From an uncultured Leptospirales bacterium (GTDB lineage Bacteria; Spirochaetota; UBA4802; JAFGJZ01): DNA of 37,736 bases. Under the pieces are notes generated by a model. That model was not told the origin of the DNA, did not search any database, and saw only the letters and a program-made list of their open reading frames with translations. The stretch covers positions 1-37,736 of the forward strand of contig CAZAHA010000003.1 in NCBI GenBank assembly GCA_964484915.1. Reading direction: 5' to 3'. The position numbers and the translations under genes were made by a program. Shown here piece by piece: positions 36,066-37,736 of this stretch. Numbering within the stretch: the first letter of the stretch is position 1; each line of letters starts with the position of its first letter.

Positions 36066-36621
36066 TCCTGCCATGGTGTATGAAAAGCAGGTGGGCCTGG
36101 CTCCAGCTTTCTTCAGGAAGGAGGAATTTGAGGTCATGTTCGATTTTGTCCGGATGTTTATTGCCGCTCAAACCGAGGCGGTTTGATACACGGGAAACAT
36201 GTGTGTCTACAGCGAGGCCGGGCCGGCCGAAACCCTGCGAGATGATCACGTTCGCGCTTTTTCTTCCGATTCCCGGAAGGGAAACAAGCCCGTCTATCGT
36301 GTCCGGCAGTATTCCGCCAAACTCATGCATCAGACGACACGCCAGTGCGATTATATTCTTCGTCTTGGTGCGGTAAAATCCTGTCGAACGGATAATCTCT
36401 TCAACATCCGCCGCATCGGCTGTCGACAGGGATTTAAAGTCCGGGTAGCGCCTGAACAGTTCCGGGGTAACGATGTTCACCTGTCGGTCAGTTGTCTGGG
36501 CCGATAGAATAACGGCAACGGCAAGCTGGTATGTGTTCTGGAAGACGAGTGCCGGACGGACGATACCGTATTCGGATTCGAAGATGGTGTAGATACGAAC
36601 GGCCTTATCCTGGAGTGTCAT
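35986..36621 (-). CDS. nth: Endonuclease III
   Basis: It has 'LSAQTTDRQVN', an HhH motif 'LPGIGRKSANVI' and the FeS cluster 'CFARTPECHRCPVRFLC'. Confidence 0.92.
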   Translation of the reverse strand: MTLQDKAVRIYTIFESEYGIVRPALVFQNTYQLAVAVILSAQTTDRQVNIVTPELFRRYPDFKSLSTADAADVEEIIRSTGFYRTKTKNIIALACRLMHEFGGILPDTIDGLVSLPGIGRKSANVIISQGFGRPGLAVDTHVSRVSNRLGLSGNKHPDKIEHDLKFLLPEESWSQAHLLFIHHGRTTCFARTPECHRCPVRFLCTFPGSNP

Positions 36622-37199
36622 GACAGAAATGAAACCAATTTTTCCAGCGCCTTGGCGCGGTGGCTTATTCTGTTTTTCGTTTTAGGATCGATCTCTGCTA
36701 ACGTATTGCTGAACCCTTCCGGTATAAAGACAGGATCGTAACCAAAACCGTGTTTTCCGCGCGCGATGCGGGAGATTATCCCTTCACAGGTACCTGTAAA
36801 TGTATGTTCGCTGCCGGCAGAATCGATATACGCGATGACGCAGACAAAGCGCGCAGTACGCTTCTCATCCGGGACGGAATCCATCTGCGAAACAAGGTGC
36901 CGGTACCGCGACTCATCGTCGGGTAGATTCATATACCGTGCAGAATGAATGCCCGGAGCCCCGTTGAGGTAATCAACACAGAGGCCGGAGTCGTCCGCGA
37001 TTACCGGCAACAAGCTGAACGCGTACACCGCGCGAGCCTTGATGAGGGCGTTTTCCTCAAATGATGTGCCGTTTTCCTCAATAGACGCTGTAAAGCCGCT
37101 TTGTCTCATCGACAGTACATCATGCTGCAGATCACCGGAAAGGATCGTACGGATCTCTTCTATTTTGTGTATATTGTTGCTGGCAAGAATAATCGTCAT
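36618..37199 (-). CDS. rdgB: Non-canonical purine NTP pyrophosphatase (XTP/dITP diphosphatase)
   Basis: 'IILASNNIHKIEEI', 'EENGTSFEENALIKA' and 'GFGYDPVF' are Ham1/RdgB signatures. It overlaps nth by 4 nt. Confidence 0.9.
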   Translation of the reverse strand: MTIILASNNIHKIEEIRTILSGDLQHDVLSMRQSGFTASIEENGTSFEENALIKARAVYAFSLLPVIADDSGLCVDYLNGAPGIHSARYMNLPDDESRYRHLVSQMDSVPDEKRTARFVCVIAYIDSAGSEHTFTGTCEGIISRIARGKHGFGYDPVFIPEGFSNTLAEIDPKTKNRISHRAKALEKLVSFLS

Positions 37200-37330
37200 A
37201 ACACTTGATAGTATAGTTTAAATATACATGCGTGCATTGTCCACGTATGCTTTCTTTCTGTCAATATCAGGAGATTACCGTACAGCAAATGAGGCAAGCC
37301 AAAAAAATCTTCCATTCAACAAAAATACTC

Positions 37331-37359
37331 TTGTCTTTTCCATTGCGCTGGTTTAGAAT
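37331..37359 (+). promoter_or_regulatory. Candidate sigma70 promoter for the partial downstream gene
   Basis: TTGTCT (37331-37336), 17 nt, TAGAAT (37354-37359). It lies about 50 nt upstream of the ATG at 37412. Confidence 0.35.
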
Positions 37360-37411
37360 CTATACAGTGGACCGTTGCGGTTACTGTTTATTTTACGGAC
37401 GGCAGATAAAG

Positions 37412-37736
37412 ATGGTACTTAAACTGCTGATACATGTTTCAGTATATATAGCCGATGCCGTTCTTCTCTTTATTCTTTTTGAGAGCGGCGTTATCCGTCC
37501 TGAAGATTCAGTCCTTCTTCTTGTTCTGACCGTGTTCATTCTCATAAAAATTATCCTGCATTTTCTCATTACCCATTATCTCGTAAACCAGAATGTCGAC
37601 CGCGTCCGGTCAATCCTCGAAGATTTCCAGAAGGGACGGTATACATTTAAAGAGGGCGAGTACAGACCAGTTATTTCCTCGTACTTTGCCGATATCATCG
37701 ACTCGCTTTACGCTGTCGGCCGGAACTTCGACAATA
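37412..37736 (+). CDS. Partial (5' end) membrane sensor protein with two TM helices and a HAMP-like linker
   Basis: The frame is open from the ATG at 37412 to the window end and is absent from the track because it has no stop. The product reads 'MVLKLLIHVSVYIADAVLLFILF...LLLVLTVFILIKIILHFLI' then 'VDRVRSILEDFQKGRYTFKEGEY...FADIIDSLYAVGRNFDN'. Confidence 0.55.
   Translation, partial: MVLKLLIHVSVYIADAVLLFILFESGVIRPEDSVLLLVLTVFILIKIILHFLITHYLVNQNVDRVRSILEDFQKGRYTFKEGEYRPVISSYFADIIDSLYAVGRNFDN

Noticed and set aside
37287-37355. A 22-codon ORF (MRQAKKIFHSTKILLSFPLRWF) downstream of an AGGAG.
   Set aside because: It is very short, the SD spacing is about 12 nt, and it overlaps the better candidate promoter (TTGTCT-17-TAGAAT) for the downstream membrane sensor gene.
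1-37736. CRISPR arrays, transposases or IS elements, prophage, toxin-antitoxin or known defence genes.
   Set aside because: A visual scan found no regularly spaced direct repeats, terminal inverted repeats, or integrase, transposase or nuclease-NTPase defence-type ORFs. A visual scan of 37 kb is not exhaustive for short repeats.

Overview
A 37.7 kb chromosomal window from a flagellated, chemotactic diderm bacterium. It encodes lipoproteins, a FadL-like outer-membrane barrel and a TAT substrate. The gene content is reminiscent of Spirochaetota, but I cannot verify that here. I support about 40 CDS and one tRNA. I saw no CRISPR array, transposase, integrase, phage genes or rRNA. The layout is as follows. 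(i) 88-2752, minus strand: an HDOD / CheD / cNMP-gated PP2C phosphatase cluster. (ii) 2918-9559, plus strand: a PASTA protein, then the conserved rpsP-KH-rimM-trmD-rplS-rnhB block. This block is extended by a FliK-C-like plus FlhB-C-terminal-like pair, an HD-GYP phosphodiesterase and YraN. (iii) 9560-14226: a 576-nt gap holding an untracked 55-aa ORF and a structured leader. It is followed by a TAT-exported FdnG/FdnH-like oxidoreductase pair and an OB-fold-like lipoprotein. (iv) 14459-17203: a large SBP-PAS-PAS-HisKA_2 hybrid sensor kinase. (v) 17324-22236, minus strand: a tight four-gene operon of CHASE2 adenylate cyclase, SH3b protein, M48 lipoprotein peptidase and FadL-like OMP. (vi) 22523-25760: ribBA, a REC-RsbW-like kinase and a divergent eIF-2B/MtnA-like protein. 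(vii) 25799-28320, minus strand: Zn-ribbon protein, SBP-like lipoprotein and prepilin peptidase. (viii) 28487-32693: a GT2 glycosyltransferase, an amidohydrolase, and a cNMP-binding/TPR protein coupled to a Crp-like regulator. (ix) 32699-37736: tRNA-Arg(CCT), prfA-prmC, a membrane/HEAT-like protein, nth, rdgB and a partial membrane sensor. The most unusual items are these. The FdnG-like alpha subunit appears to have lost the Sec/Cys-His active-site dyad while its FeS partner is intact. The CHASE2-cyclase envelope operon has no assigned function. An orphan prepilin peptidase operon lacks any pilin or secretion partner. There is a probable 1-nt frameshift at the 3' end of the HD-GYP gene. A small FlgM-like ORF lies in the large gap. 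I do not see a clear-cut defence or mobile system. All novelty claims below are inferences from motif reading and need database or structure checks.
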